NCBI GenBank assembly: GCA_035542895.1
Contig: DATKKN010000005.1
Span: 1-48,461 of the forward strand
Source of the DNA: Methanomicrobiales archaeon
Lineage (GTDB): Archaea; Halobacteriota; Methanomicrobia; Methanomicrobiales; JACTUA01
Length of the DNA stretch: 48,461 nt
Direction: 5' to 3'
In this document: positions 8,947 to 18,462 of the stretch, piece after piece
Layout of the letters: each line of letters starts with the position of its first letter
Position numbering within the stretch: position 1 is the first letter of the stretch
Position numbers and translations under genes: made by a program
The notes under the pieces: generated by a model
The model's input: only the letters and a program-made list of their open reading frames with translations
Told to the model about the DNA's origin: nothing
Databases searched by the model: none

Positions 8947-9330
8947 GGAAGCTCCCTGTCGCCGGTCGTCAGCCGCGCGATCTGACACCGGCTGTCATGG
9001 TGTTGTATCTGTCTTCACTATCCGGGTCCCATCACCTTTCTGAATCATATCACATAAACCCATACCGTCCTCATTTCAGCATGGATCCACGCCCCCCGGC
9101 ACCCCATTCGAATATGCCCTTCCAGGTGCTCCGGATCCCCGCAGAAAACCTCCCTGCGGGCCGGAAGGGTGGTTCACTGCCCCCGAGCGTATGGGTAGAG
9201 ATATGTATTTCCTGTTCCCACTATAGGCAGGTGACCCGGGGGAACCGGAGAGCGACCGGACGGTTTCACGGTACCGAATCAAGGAACGAATCCGGGACCG
9301 GACCCTCTCAACGGAGAATCCCTGGTATCT

Positions 9331-10344
9331 ATGGCATTCGAGCTCCGGAGCGCAGGAGAACCCGACAGGGAGGCATGGGAAAAGGCGGTGGAGGCCTCTC
9401 CCCATGGCACCATCTTCCATTCCTGGAGATGGCTGAAGACCCTGGAGAGGCATGTGGACATGCGGTTGTATCCCCTCCTCGCTTACCAGGGGAGCCAGCT
9501 CGTTGCCCTCTACCCGTTCTTTGTCCATACCTACGGCCCCTTCCGGGTGGCCGATTCCCCTGCATCCGACGGCTTCATGCTCTACCTCGGCCCGGTCATC
9601 CCCGGCTACGAGCAGATGAAGCAGGAGCGGAGGGAACACGTCTTCCTCTCCCTCCAGGAAAAGGTGGATGATTTCCTGATCTCGGAGCTTGGCTGCAAAC
9701 TGATCCGGGTCCGCACCTCGCCCTCCCTCCCCGATTCGAGGCCCCTGATCTGGAGGCAGTACAGGGTCAAGCCCGCGTACACCTACCGGATCGACCTCGC
9801 GGGCGGCATTGACCGGGTATGGGAGCAGTTCGACGGGAAACTGAAGGCCGACATCAGGCGTTCCCAGAAGATGGGGGTCACGGTCCGGGAGGGAGGGCCC
9901 GCGGACCTCCTCGAGGCTCATGATACCCTGTACCGGAGGTTCCGGGAGAAGGGCCTGAAGAAGCGGGAGTGCAGGGAGTTCCTGGCCGACATCTACCGCG
10001 AGTTCCAGCCGTCCGTGAAGGTCTTTGTCGCGGAATACCAGGGGAAGGTCGTGGGGAGCGTGGTCGCCCTCCTTCACAAGGATATCCTCCGTTTCTGGTT
10101 CGGGACCCCGAAGAGCGGGCTGAAGGGGATCTATCCCAACAACCTGGTCCAGTGGGAGGGGATCCGCTGGGCCGCGGCAAACGGTCTCCGGATCTGCGAG
10201 AACATGGACACCGGGGACGATGTGACCCGGGCGCCCTTCAAGGCCAAGTTCAACGCCGGGATCGAGCTCTGGTTCAAGGCGGATAAGTATGCGTCCAACT
10301 TCTACAAGCTCGGACACTTCTTCATCAACCCCGACCAGTTCTGA
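9331..10344 (+). CDS. FemAB-like GNAT-fold acyl/aminoacyl transferase (paralog 1)
   Basis: 'SPHGTIFHSWRWLKTLERH', 'LYRRFREKGL' and 'VKVFVAEYQGKVVGSVVAL' are shared with the paralog at 22682..23737. The architecture matches FemAB-related proteins found in exosortase/EPS loci. Confidence 0.7.
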   Translation: MAFELRSAGEPDREAWEKAVEASPHGTIFHSWRWLKTLERHVDMRLYPLLAYQGSQLVALYPFFVHTYGPFRVADSPASDGFMLYLGPVIPGYEQMKQERREHVFLSLQEKVDDFLISELGCKLIRVRTSPSLPDSRPLIWRQYRVKPAYTYRIDLAGGIDRVWEQFDGKLKADIRRSQKMGVTVREGGPADLLEAHDTLYRRFREKGLKKRECREFLADIYREFQPSVKVFVAEYQGKVVGSVVALLHKDILRFWFGTPKSGLKGIYPNNLVQWEGIRWAAANGLRICENMDTGDDVTRAPFKAKFNAGIELWFKADKYASNFYKLGHFFINPDQF

Positions 10345-10615
10345 GGGGTTCCCGTCTCCACGGGTGAGGCCGTCGGAGGTATCCCGGCGGGGATTTGATG
10401 CGGGGGAAGGCTCGGGCCGGACCGCACGGGTCCCTTCCCGGGGCGGAACCTCCCCCCGCCCGGGGGTTGAGACCCCGCGGAGATCGATCCGGTGCGGGGG
10501 CCGGAACCCGCCCCTGCCCCGTGAAAGGACCGCCCGCACCGGCCATGTCGCCGGGACCAGCCTGAAACCCGGGAAGGGAGAGGACGAGATAGAGGAAAGG
10601 AGAACCATCGGGCCC

Positions 10616-12676
10616 ATGCTCCCCGTCCTCCTCCTGGTACTCGTCCTTCTCCCGGGCGCAGGCCTGGCCGGCCTCCAGGTGGTCGGGAGGATCCCGAACG
10701 GGCCATGCTTCGATATCGCCGGGGGGAACGGGTATCTCTTCGCGGCCCAGGGCGCCGAGGTCCGGGTATACGACGTATCATCCCCGGAGAAGATCCGTTC
10801 CCTGGACTGGAAGGGGTACGTGGCCCGGTTTTTCCAGGGATCTGCCATCCGGGGACTCACCCTCGAGGGTGGGACCCTGTACATCGCGGACCAGGACGCG
10901 CTTGGCATCGCGGATGTGTCAGATCCCCGGCACCCGCGGGTTACCGCCATTCTTTCCCACGGGACCGGTGGGATCCTCGAGGATGTTGCCGTCAGCGGCA
11001 ACTACGCGTACCTGAGCATCGAGGGGGCAGGGATCCAGGTGGTCGACGTCTCGGATAAGGCGAGGCCCGCGAGGGTCCGGACCATCCCCGTCGGGGGCTC
11101 GGACAATCCCTGGAGGATTGCCGTGAACGGGAAATACCTGTACGTGGCAGGCGGCGAGGACGCCCGGCTGGATATCTTTGACCTCAGGGATCCCGGAAAC
11201 CCGGTTCGTGCTGGAAGCTACACGGCGGATTCCCAGGGCTCCTTCTCTTCCGTGGCCGTGAAGGACCGCTATGCCTACGTCGCGGAATACTATACCGGGG
11301 TGAGGATCATCGATGTCTCCGATCCCAGGAAACCCCTCCCTGTCACCATGATCCCGGATATCAACGCGAACGACATCAAGATCCTCGGCAGCCGGGCCTT
11401 TGTCTCGACCCGGTACGAGGGATTCCGGATATACGATATCTCCTCGCCGGGGACCATGACCCTCGCGGGGACGGGCACGGGAATCAGCGGGTACACCGAG
11501 GGTATCTTCCCGACCCCGGTGTATACCTACCTCGCCCTGGAGTCCCTGGGGCTCGGCATCTGGGATTCATCGGGTACCGGAGACCCGGTGTTCATGGTGC
11601 AGGTCCCCTCGGGCCCGGGCACGGATTCCCTCGTTGTACGGGATCCGTACCTCTACCTCGGGGGGCATAATTATGGCATCTGGATCGTCGATGTATCGGA
11701 CCCGGTGCACCCGGCCGAGGTCTCCGTCGTGGAAAACGGCGGGAGAAACGGCTGCCTCGCCATCTCGGGTGACACCCTCTACGCGGCCGGGGACTGGGAG
11801 GGGCTCTGCGTCTATGGTCTTTCTGACCCCCTTCATCCCAGCCTCCTCACGGTCGACTTCGGGAACGACATCTCGACCCTCCTCCCTGACGGGGAATACG
11901 TCTATACCGGGGGGAGCAATTCCCTCTTCGCCGGGGGTATCGTCGATGCCAGCCGGCGATCCTCCCCGAAACTGATCTCGACCTCGCCGTACATGAAGGG
12001 GAAGTTCGCGATGTACGGACGGGACTATCTCCTCGTTGCCGATACCTACGGGACCGGCGGCCTCCATATGCTCGATGTGAGCAACAAGAACAGCCCGACC
12101 CTCGTATCGACCTTCCGGGAAGGGGAGGCCTTTGCCGACGTGACCGTCATCGGGGATACCGCCGTTGCGCTGACGGGAAACGACCTCATTACCCTTGATA
12201 TCCGGAATCTTCACGAGCCTGTCCTCCTCGGAAGCCTGTCCTTCCCGGGGGAGTGGGCAGGGTCGGCCCTCGCTGCCGATGGACCGATCGTCTATGCATC
12301 GGGCTATGGGAAGGATCCAGTCAGGTCCTTCGATGTCTCAAACCCCTCGAGAATCCGGCTGATCGATACCCTGGATCTCCCCGCCGCCGACCCTTACCCG
12401 GATATCACCTTTGATAAGCAGTATGTCTACACGGGAAACAAATTCGGGGCATATATCCTGAGCAAGTCCTCCATCCTCCCCGGCCCGGGCAGTACCGCGG
12501 TACCCACCCCCGGCGCCGGTACCCCTGGCACACCGGCCCCGGTATCCCCGGCCCCAGGCGGGCGGGAAACCGGCCCTGCATCCCCGGAAAATCCGGTCGG
12601 GTTCCCCTGGTCACCGGTCGCACAGGGTATCGGTGATTTCTTCAGGTGGATATGGCATTTCTTTGGTGGTGCCTAG
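10616..12676 (+). CDS. Secreted LVIVD-repeat beta-propeller protein with a Pro/Thr/Gly-rich C-terminal tail
   Basis: Signal peptide 'MLPVLLLVLVLLPGAGLAG' from the ATG at 10616, preceded by GGAAAGGAG. Repeated units have the form 'A..G..V.DVSDP..P'. It is strongly similar to the protein at 18463..21714. The 109-codon upstream extension in the ORF track is low-complexity, overlaps the previous gene, and was rejected. Confidence 0.85.
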   Translation: MLPVLLLVLVLLPGAGLAGLQVVGRIPNGPCFDIAGGNGYLFAAQGAEVRVYDVSSPEKIRSLDWKGYVARFFQGSAIRGLTLEGGTLYIADQDALGIADVSDPRHPRVTAILSHGTGGILEDVAVSGNYAYLSIEGAGIQVVDVSDKARPARVRTIPVGGSDNPWRIAVNGKYLYVAGGEDARLDIFDLRDPGNPVRAGSYTADSQGSFSSVAVKDRYAYVAEYYTGVRIIDVSDPRKPLPVTMIPDINANDIKILGSRAFVSTRYEGFRIYDISSPGTMTLAGTGTGISGYTEGIFPTPVYTYLALESLGLGIWDSSGTGDPVFMVQVPSGPGTDSLVVRDPYLYLGGHNYGIWIVDVSDPVHPAEVSVVENGGRNGCLAISGDTLYAAGDWEGLCVYGLSDPLHPSLLTVDFGNDISTLLPDGEYVYTGGSNSLFAGGIVDASRRSSPKLISTSPYMKGKFAMYGRDYLLVADTYGTGGLHMLDVSNKNSPTLVSTFREGEAFADVTVIGDTAVALTGNDLITLDIRNLHEPVLLGSLSFPGEWAGSALAADGPIVYASGYGKDPVRSFDVSNPSRIRLIDTLDLPAADPYPDITFDKQYVYTGNKFGAYILSKSSILPGPGSTAVPTPGAGTPGTPAPVSPAPGGRETGPASPENPVGFPWSPVAQGIGDFFRWIWHFFGGA

Positions 12677-12731
12677 GTTCCCCTTCAGCGCGTGGGGAGG
12701 AGCCGGCCCGGGGTTCCCGGACCGGGCCGTA

Positions 12732-14090
12732 TTACCGGGCGACCTTGGAAATCACGAAGAGCTGCTTCCCGGTTTTTGTCGCGGGGATATCGTCGGGGAA
12801 ATCCAGGTGTACCTGGGTGTTCTTCCCCATGTGCTCCTTCACGGCGAGAACGATCTGTTCGGAGTATTCCGGAAGGTAATTTTTGCCCCGTACGATTCTC
12901 ACGTCCAGGTGCCCCTGCCGCTCCTGGATCAGCTGGTACCTGCGGATCGAGTCCCGCTGTTTCATGGCGATATGCTCGAAGACATCGGTCAGGGGAAGGC
13001 CGGAGATGACGCTCCCGTCCTCGTGGCGCACCATGTTGATGATCCTGCCCTGGATGGATTTGAAGAGCGGGAGCCCCCGCCCGCAGGCACACCGCTCGCC
13101 GGTCCCGATGGCGGTATCCCCGGTGCGGTACCTGATGAAGGGCATGGCATAGTTGCAGAGATCGGTCGACACGATTTCACCGAGGGAACCGTCCGGGACC
13201 CGTTCCCCGTCCTGCACGAGCTCGAGCACCGATTGCTCGGGGCAGAGATGGTACCCCGCATGCTCCCCGCACTCCATGGCGGCCGCTCCGCCGTCCCGGC
13301 ACCCGTACTCATCGAAGATCCGGGATTGGAACACCTCCTCGATGAGGGATCGCTGGGGGGGCAGCAGGGTCTCGGCGGTTGTAAAGATCGCCACCGGGGT
13401 GATGGGGCTGCCCCCGTGTTCCCTGAGGTAATGAGCGAGGGAGAAGATGGCAGAGGGGTACCCCCTGATAAACCTCGGTGAGTACTTCCTGATCCGGTCA
13501 GTGTACGACGCGACCGTGGCCTCGTTCATGTTGAGGGATGTGAGGGCAAGGTTCCTTTCGAACAGGTACCTCGCCCGTTTCTGGAGGCTCATTTCATTGG
13601 GGACGAGGGAGGACCCCCCGAGGGTCATGTAGCGTTCGCCCAGGCGGTATCCTGCCCAGCCCCAGCCCCTGAACCCCGAGGCCCAGAGCATCGAGATGCT
13701 CGCGAGGCTCGTGTAATACCTCAGGGGTTCGCCCGTGGATCCGCTCGTGGTATTGAGGAACGGCCGGTGATTACGGTAGTCCACGGCGAGGAGTTCGGGG
13801 GCATGGTTCCGGATATCCTCCTTCGTGAGCAGCGGGAGCTTCCCGAGATCCTCGGCCGTCCTGATGTCCTGGTCGGAGAGGCCCCTCTCCCTGAAAATCC
13901 GGCGGTAGTAAGGGACCCGGGAATAAGCGTGCCTGACCAGGGACCGGAGTCTCTCGTCCTGCAACTCCCGGAGCTTTCCGGGCTTCCACCACTGGGACTT
14001 CTCGAGGAAAGCAAGATCCCGCTGGATGGTGGTCCCCTTGACGAATTCCATGCAGGGAAAGACGATCTGCCTGAGGAGATGATGGTACAT
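12732..14090 (-). CDS. Adenylate-forming enzyme of the phenylacetate-CoA ligase / CapK / F390-synthetase family
   Basis: AMP-binding motifs 'TSGSTGEP' and 'YRTGD'. The 'CACGRGLP' Cys pair and the N-terminal 'VPYYRRIFRERGL...DLGKLPLLTKEDI' are typical of PaaK/CapK-like proteins. Confidence 0.85.
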   Translation of the reverse strand: MYHHLLRQIVFPCMEFVKGTTIQRDLAFLEKSQWWKPGKLRELQDERLRSLVRHAYSRVPYYRRIFRERGLSDQDIRTAEDLGKLPLLTKEDIRNHAPELLAVDYRNHRPFLNTTSGSTGEPLRYYTSLASISMLWASGFRGWGWAGYRLGERYMTLGGSSLVPNEMSLQKRARYLFERNLALTSLNMNEATVASYTDRIRKYSPRFIRGYPSAIFSLAHYLREHGGSPITPVAIFTTAETLLPPQRSLIEEVFQSRIFDEYGCRDGGAAAMECGEHAGYHLCPEQSVLELVQDGERVPDGSLGEIVSTDLCNYAMPFIRYRTGDTAIGTGERCACGRGLPLFKSIQGRIINMVRHEDGSVISGLPLTDVFEHIAMKQRDSIRRYQLIQERQGHLDVRIVRGKNYLPEYSEQIVLAVKEHMGKNTQVHLDFPDDIPATKTGKQLFVISKVAR

Positions 14091-14221
14091 ACGGGATTCA
14101 GGGTGTAACAGTTATCCCGGTTTATAAAAAACCTGCTGGTACGTGACCGGTGGAAAAGGGTATTCGGGGCATGACGAGGGAAAGATCAGGAATCCGGCGC
14201 TTTCACCTGGTGGGCCATCCC

Positions 14222-17200
14222 CTAGATTGAAGGGAGCCATCCGGACGGGAATGAGGTGCGATTTGATGTCGGCGAAGGGCTGACCACCGGGGTGACCTCC
14301 GGGGGTGCGGTCACCACCGGTGAGGGGGTTGGGGGCGGGGTGACCTCCGGGGTTCCGGTCACCACCGGTGAGGGGGAGGGGGTCGGGGTTGCCTCCGGGG
14401 TTCTGGTCACCATCAGCGAGGGGGAGGGGGTCGGGGTTACCTCCGGGGTTCCGGCCACCATCGGCCGGGGAGATCCGGCCGGGACAACCGTCGGGGCTGC
14501 CCCTGCCTGGGTTTGCCTGAGCCAGGGCAGGTACCGGATCAAATTCCCGGGGACATCGTACTCATACTGCAGGGAATAGAAACCGGGCTTTTCCAGGAGG
14601 AAGGTATGCGTGCCCCGGGTAACCGGGAAGGTCACCATACCGCCGCCGTCGCTCTCGAAGGACCGTCCGTCCACCCAGATCGTGGCATTCCTGACCGGGT
14701 TTCCCGGTTCATCCCGTACCTGGAAGCTGTTGGTTCCCTCGTAGAGTGCGGGGATCGCCCCCGCGAACCTCACCCGCTCGATCTCGGGCTCGATGATGAG
14801 GGTCTTCTCCCCCCCCGGCCCCGCGTCGGTGGACACCGAGAGGCGGCAGGTCTCCCCGGCGAGTTCCCTCCGGGAGATGGTCCCGTTTTCGACCCGGTAG
14901 GGGCAGCGCCCCGAGATCCCGGGCAGGTTCACCCGGTAGGTGATCCCGCTCACCCTGGCCTTGTTCCCGTTGGAGATCTCGAGCGTGGCTGAATCGAGGC
15001 CAAGCCGGCATCGCGCCGAAACATTCTGCATCTGCCTGAAGTGTTCCGCCACGACCTCGAGATCCACCGTGGTGATACCGAGCTTCCGGGATGTGTTGAG
15101 CAGGTCGAGGAACCGGTCGGAGTAGAGGGGATTCGTGATGTCGCCCGCATTCCAGATGTACGCCGCGATGCCGTTTGACTCGTCAAGGGAGACGAGGGTC
15201 TCGTTCCACTGGGCAAAGATGGTATCCGGATCCGTGGAGTACCTGAGAGACTGGCTGTCCGGGGAGGTAACCGGGACGAGAACCACGCCGGTGCGGTTCC
15301 CTGCAATATAGGCCATCCTGAGATCCCTGACGGACTCGTCCGCCGACCCGTCCCCGGGCGGCGGGACGAAATAAGAGAGCAGGTACGAGATCCCGTTCTC
15401 GGAAAGGGCCTCCATGGCATCAGGGTTGTAATTGAACTGGGAAAAGAGGATCCCTTTTGCGCCGAGAAGGTTTTTCGTGGTCCTGACTTCCGTGTTTATG
15501 GCGGCAGGGCCCTTGAAGTATTCGTTCTCGTAGGAATTGACGTACCCGATGATATCCTTCGGCGCGATCTGGGAGACGTTATCCTGCGTGGAGAGGATCT
15601 TGTGATAGATCACGCTGGCATTTGAGAAGGGATTCCCTCCCGTGCTCGTATTCATCACGCCGCCCACATCCTGTAAAAACCCTGCGATGGCCAGGGGAAG
15701 TGCCCCGTTCGGGTAGGGCGAGGGCGAGACCGAGGTATAGCGGTCGGCATTCTTTTCCGCCTCGGCGGGACTCCCGACGGAGAAGAACTGGGTGATGGTG
15801 ACCGAATCAGAGGGGCCCAGCTGGGAACCCGATTCCACCGTCACCGTCGAGTAATCATAGAGGATTTCCCCCTTGTAGGAAATGGTGTCCGGGTGGGACG
15901 ACGTGTCCCCGTACCTGACGAGGAGCCCCGAGCCCCCCTCCTTCAGGTACACGTCCGAAAATTTCCGGTTCCTGATGGTGATGAAGTCCTGGGAGGGGTA
16001 GATGTGCTTCGTCGCCCGGGCGGGTCCGGATCCGGTGAGCCCGCCGATGGTGAACTCCTGCGAGGGGGAAAGGATGGAGGTGGAGAGGCCCACGTTCATG
16101 ATATCATTCCTCTCCGAGGATGTCCAGTCATTCGCGAGGGTAATCTCCCGCCTGACTGCATGTTCATAGAATTCGTACGTCACCCTGAGCGTGGCCCAGC
16201 AGGTACCGTGCTCGTCCAGGACCGTCGTCCGGTAGGATACCCGGTTCCCTTCGAGGATAACCTCCGGGTAGGTCAGGTCGTTCAGGTCAACCTCGATGTA
16301 CCTTCCCGCCTCCCCGGGCCATGACAGGGTGACGTAGTCATAAATCTCCCCCTCCTGGAGGAAATCCTTCGTATTGGTCCCGATATACCGTATCCTGGGG
16401 GTCGCATGGCTGAGCTTGACCTTGTACGCATCGTTGGAGAATATGAAGGTCGGGCCGGAGTCCTCGATGGCCGGGTTGCCCTCGATAAAGACCACCTCCC
16501 CCCTGCCGCTGGTGGTCGAGCTTTGCGCGGGCGGGCTCCCGATATACCGGTAGAGACCCATGCCGTCGTCGGATGCATAGATCCGGTCCAGTTTGATATT
16601 GGATCCGGTGGAGAAGTTGGTCCGGTCGGGGTATTCCTTGAGAATTCTCTGGGAGGTGATGAGGTACTTGATGTTGAAGCTGTAGAGGTCGTCTGTGTAG
16701 TTCATCGCCCCGGGCGAGAAGTAGACCTTTTCCAGGTCCTGCAGGTACTGGGATGTCTCGGGGCCGGGCGAAATGCTCGGGATGCTCTTGTTGGCATAGA
16801 GAACGATCCTCTCCCGGTACACGAAACTGGAGACCCCCTCGCCCGGGTTCCCCACGGTTCCCAGCCAGGTGAGGCCCTCCTTTTCGTTCATGGTTCCAAA
16901 GACCTGCGGCTGGTAATGGAGGTTCCCGATGATGGGCACGACGATCATTGGGAGAAAGATCAGGCTGTAGAAGATGAACGGGAGGATCCTTCTCAGCCGG
17001 GACCATGACGTGCCCGACAGGAACCGGGGTGAGGATAACCGGTCCGAGATGAGGAAGAACCCCTCGGCTGCACAGAGGGGCACCGCGAGAAACAGGTAGC
17101 TCACCTCCCTGAGGGAACCGGTTCCGCCCGATCCCTGGAGGGCGCCCGGAAGTACCGCCGCCGCAATGAGCGAGAGGAGGATATTCTTGCCCCTCGCATC

Positions 17201-18277
17201 GAGCCTGAGGAACCCGAAGATCGAGAGAAACGACTGGATCGGGCCCATCCAGATGGGGGTCATGGTGACCCCGTGACTCAGGTTCGTGATGCTTCCGATG
17301 ATCGGAACCGTATAGAACCGGTGCTGAGCCACGGTATCTATCCGGGAACGGATCTGGACCAGGATGAGCCCGATGGCATAGATGAGGCAGGCCCAGAAGA
17401 CCGCGTAAATGATGTTGTTGGACACGAAGACATTGTCGTACAGCGTGAGAGCAAGGTCATTGAGGACCGGAAGATTGAGGGCGGACCCGGCCCAGCTCCC
17501 GACGGAGAGGATCATTCTTCCCTTGTCGATGTACTGGGCCTGGACGAAGGGGAATATCCTGATGGCGGATATGTAGAGGACGAGTGAAATTAACACGATA
17601 AAATACATGTTCCGGTCGATTTTCCTCCAGATAAAGGCAGAAATGAAGAAGTAGGCAGTGGCGAAGAAGAGGAGGAACATGAAGGTGCCGGTATGGGTGA
17701 AGACCAGGGTAAAGACGAGGAGGAGGACCACCGCGAAATTCCTGATGCTCGCCTTCCGGAGGGTGAGCAGGAGGATGGTCATCAGGATAACGCTCACGAA
17801 GATATTCGTGGAGTAATTCATGATGTTCAGGACGAGGAGCGGCGTTGAGACGAAAAATATCAGCGCAAGGATGGACTTCTCCTGGGTCATGAGCAGCGAG
17901 CGGGCATAGATGTAAAAGACGGTCAGGGCGATTCCGAGGAAGATGATGGAAAAGCTCACGAGAAATTCCATGGAGCTGAGCCCGGTCAGCTTCATGACGA
18001 TCGCGCCGAAGTACCACATCCCGAAGGGATAATCAGAGAGCTGGTACTCGCTGCTGTAGGTCTTCTCGTAGAAATCATTGAGGGACCGGGAGTCCACCAT
18101 CCTCATGGTATTGTACATATGGGTATACACGTCGGAACCCGTCGGGTTCTGATAGATCCCCATGGGAATGACGTAACCGAAGAGCACAATGGCTAGGAGG
18201 AGGTACAGGAAATAAGGGGACTTCTCGGATCCGATGCCCGTAAGGGTAACGGATTTCCGGATCTGTTCCAGCTTCAC
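14222..18277 (-). CDS. 1351-aa polytopic membrane protein with a large extracytoplasmic region and a Pro/Thr-rich repeat tail (function unknown; polymerase or GT-C-like candidate)
   Basis: The first ~470 aa contain more than 12 hydrophobic helices. About 800 aa of soluble sequence follow, including a stretch ('GAKGILFSQFNYNPDAMEALSENGISYLL...GVVLVPVT') that resembles deacetylase or glycosidase barrels only vaguely. The C-terminus is a 4 x 16-aa 'TPEVTPTPSPSPVVTG' repeat. Confidence 0.7.
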   Translation of the reverse strand: MKLEQIRKSVTLTGIGSEKSPYFLYLLLAIVLFGYVIPMGIYQNPTGSDVYTHMYNTMRMVDSRSLNDFYEKTYSSEYQLSDYPFGMWYFGAIVMKLTGLSSMEFLVSFSIIFLGIALTVFYIYARSLLMTQEKSILALIFFVSTPLLVLNIMNYSTNIFVSVILMTILLLTLRKASIRNFAVVLLLVFTLVFTHTGTFMFLLFFATAYFFISAFIWRKIDRNMYFIVLISLVLYISAIRIFPFVQAQYIDKGRMILSVGSWAGSALNLPVLNDLALTLYDNVFVSNNIIYAVFWACLIYAIGLILVQIRSRIDTVAQHRFYTVPIIGSITNLSHGVTMTPIWMGPIQSFLSIFGFLRLDARGKNILLSLIAAAVLPGALQGSGGTGSLREVSYLFLAVPLCAAEGFFLISDRLSSPRFLSGTSWSRLRRILPFIFYSLIFLPMIVVPIIGNLHYQPQVFGTMNEKEGLTWLGTVGNPGEGVSSFVYRERIVLYANKSIPSISPGPETSQYLQDLEKVYFSPGAMNYTDDLYSFNIKYLITSQRILKEYPDRTNFSTGSNIKLDRIYASDDGMGLYRYIGSPPAQSSTTSGRGEVVFIEGNPAIEDSGPTFIFSNDAYKVKLSHATPRIRYIGTNTKDFLQEGEIYDYVTLSWPGEAGRYIEVDLNDLTYPEVILEGNRVSYRTTVLDEHGTCWATLRVTYEFYEHAVRREITLANDWTSSERNDIMNVGLSTSILSPSQEFTIGGLTGSGPARATKHIYPSQDFITIRNRKFSDVYLKEGGSGLLVRYGDTSSHPDTISYKGEILYDYSTVTVESGSQLGPSDSVTITQFFSVGSPAEAEKNADRYTSVSPSPYPNGALPLAIAGFLQDVGGVMNTSTGGNPFSNASVIYHKILSTQDNVSQIAPKDIIGYVNSYENEYFKGPAAINTEVRTTKNLLGAKGILFSQFNYNPDAMEALSENGISYLLSYFVPPPGDGSADESVRDLRMAYIAGNRTGVVLVPVTSPDSQSLRYSTDPDTIFAQWNETLVSLDESNGIAAYIWNAGDITNPLYSDRFLDLLNTSRKLGITTVDLEVVAEHFRQMQNVSARCRLGLDSATLEISNGNKARVSGITYRVNLPGISGRCPYRVENGTISRRELAGETCRLSVSTDAGPGGEKTLIIEPEIERVRFAGAIPALYEGTNSFQVRDEPGNPVRNATIWVDGRSFESDGGGMVTFPVTRGTHTFLLEKPGFYSLQYEYDVPGNLIRYLPWLRQTQAGAAPTVVPAGSPRPMVAGTPEVTPTPSPSLMVTRTPEATPTPSPSPVVTGTPEVTPPPTPSPVVTAPPEVTPVVSPSPTSNRTSFPSGWLPSI
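14289..14480 (-). repeat. In-frame 48-nt tandem repeat (4 units) encoding a Pro/Thr/Ser/Val linker
   Basis: Plus-strand units start at 14289, 14337, 14385 and 14433 (GGGGTKRCCTCCGGGG...). They translate on the minus strand to GTPEVTPTPSPSLMVT / RTPEATPTPSPSPVVT / GTPEVTPPPTPSPVVT / APPEVTPVVSPSPTSN. Confidence 0.9.
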
Positions 18278-18462
18278 CGGTTAATGAATCGTCCCGGAAC
18301 AATAAAATGTTTTGATCTCCAGCATGGTTACCGGGAATAAAGGCCTGGTCCCGGTCCTTCGGTCCCCTTGTGGGAAGGGACGAAGGGTGGCTGTGCCCGC
18401 CAGGAGTCCCGGGCCGAAATGATGGCGGGGAGGTTTCCCGACGGGGTGCCGGGAAAATGCGT

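Noticed and set aside
10289-10615. 109-codon N-terminal extension of the LVIVD ORF
   Set aside because: The extension is Ser/Arg/Pro/Gly low-complexity sequence and overlaps the preceding FemAB-like gene. A proper signal peptide begins at the ATG at 10616.
9076-11001. 641-aa minus-strand ORF
   Set aside because: It is antisense to the FemAB-like and LVIVD genes, both of which have strong family signatures. The product is Pro/Arg/Gly-rich.
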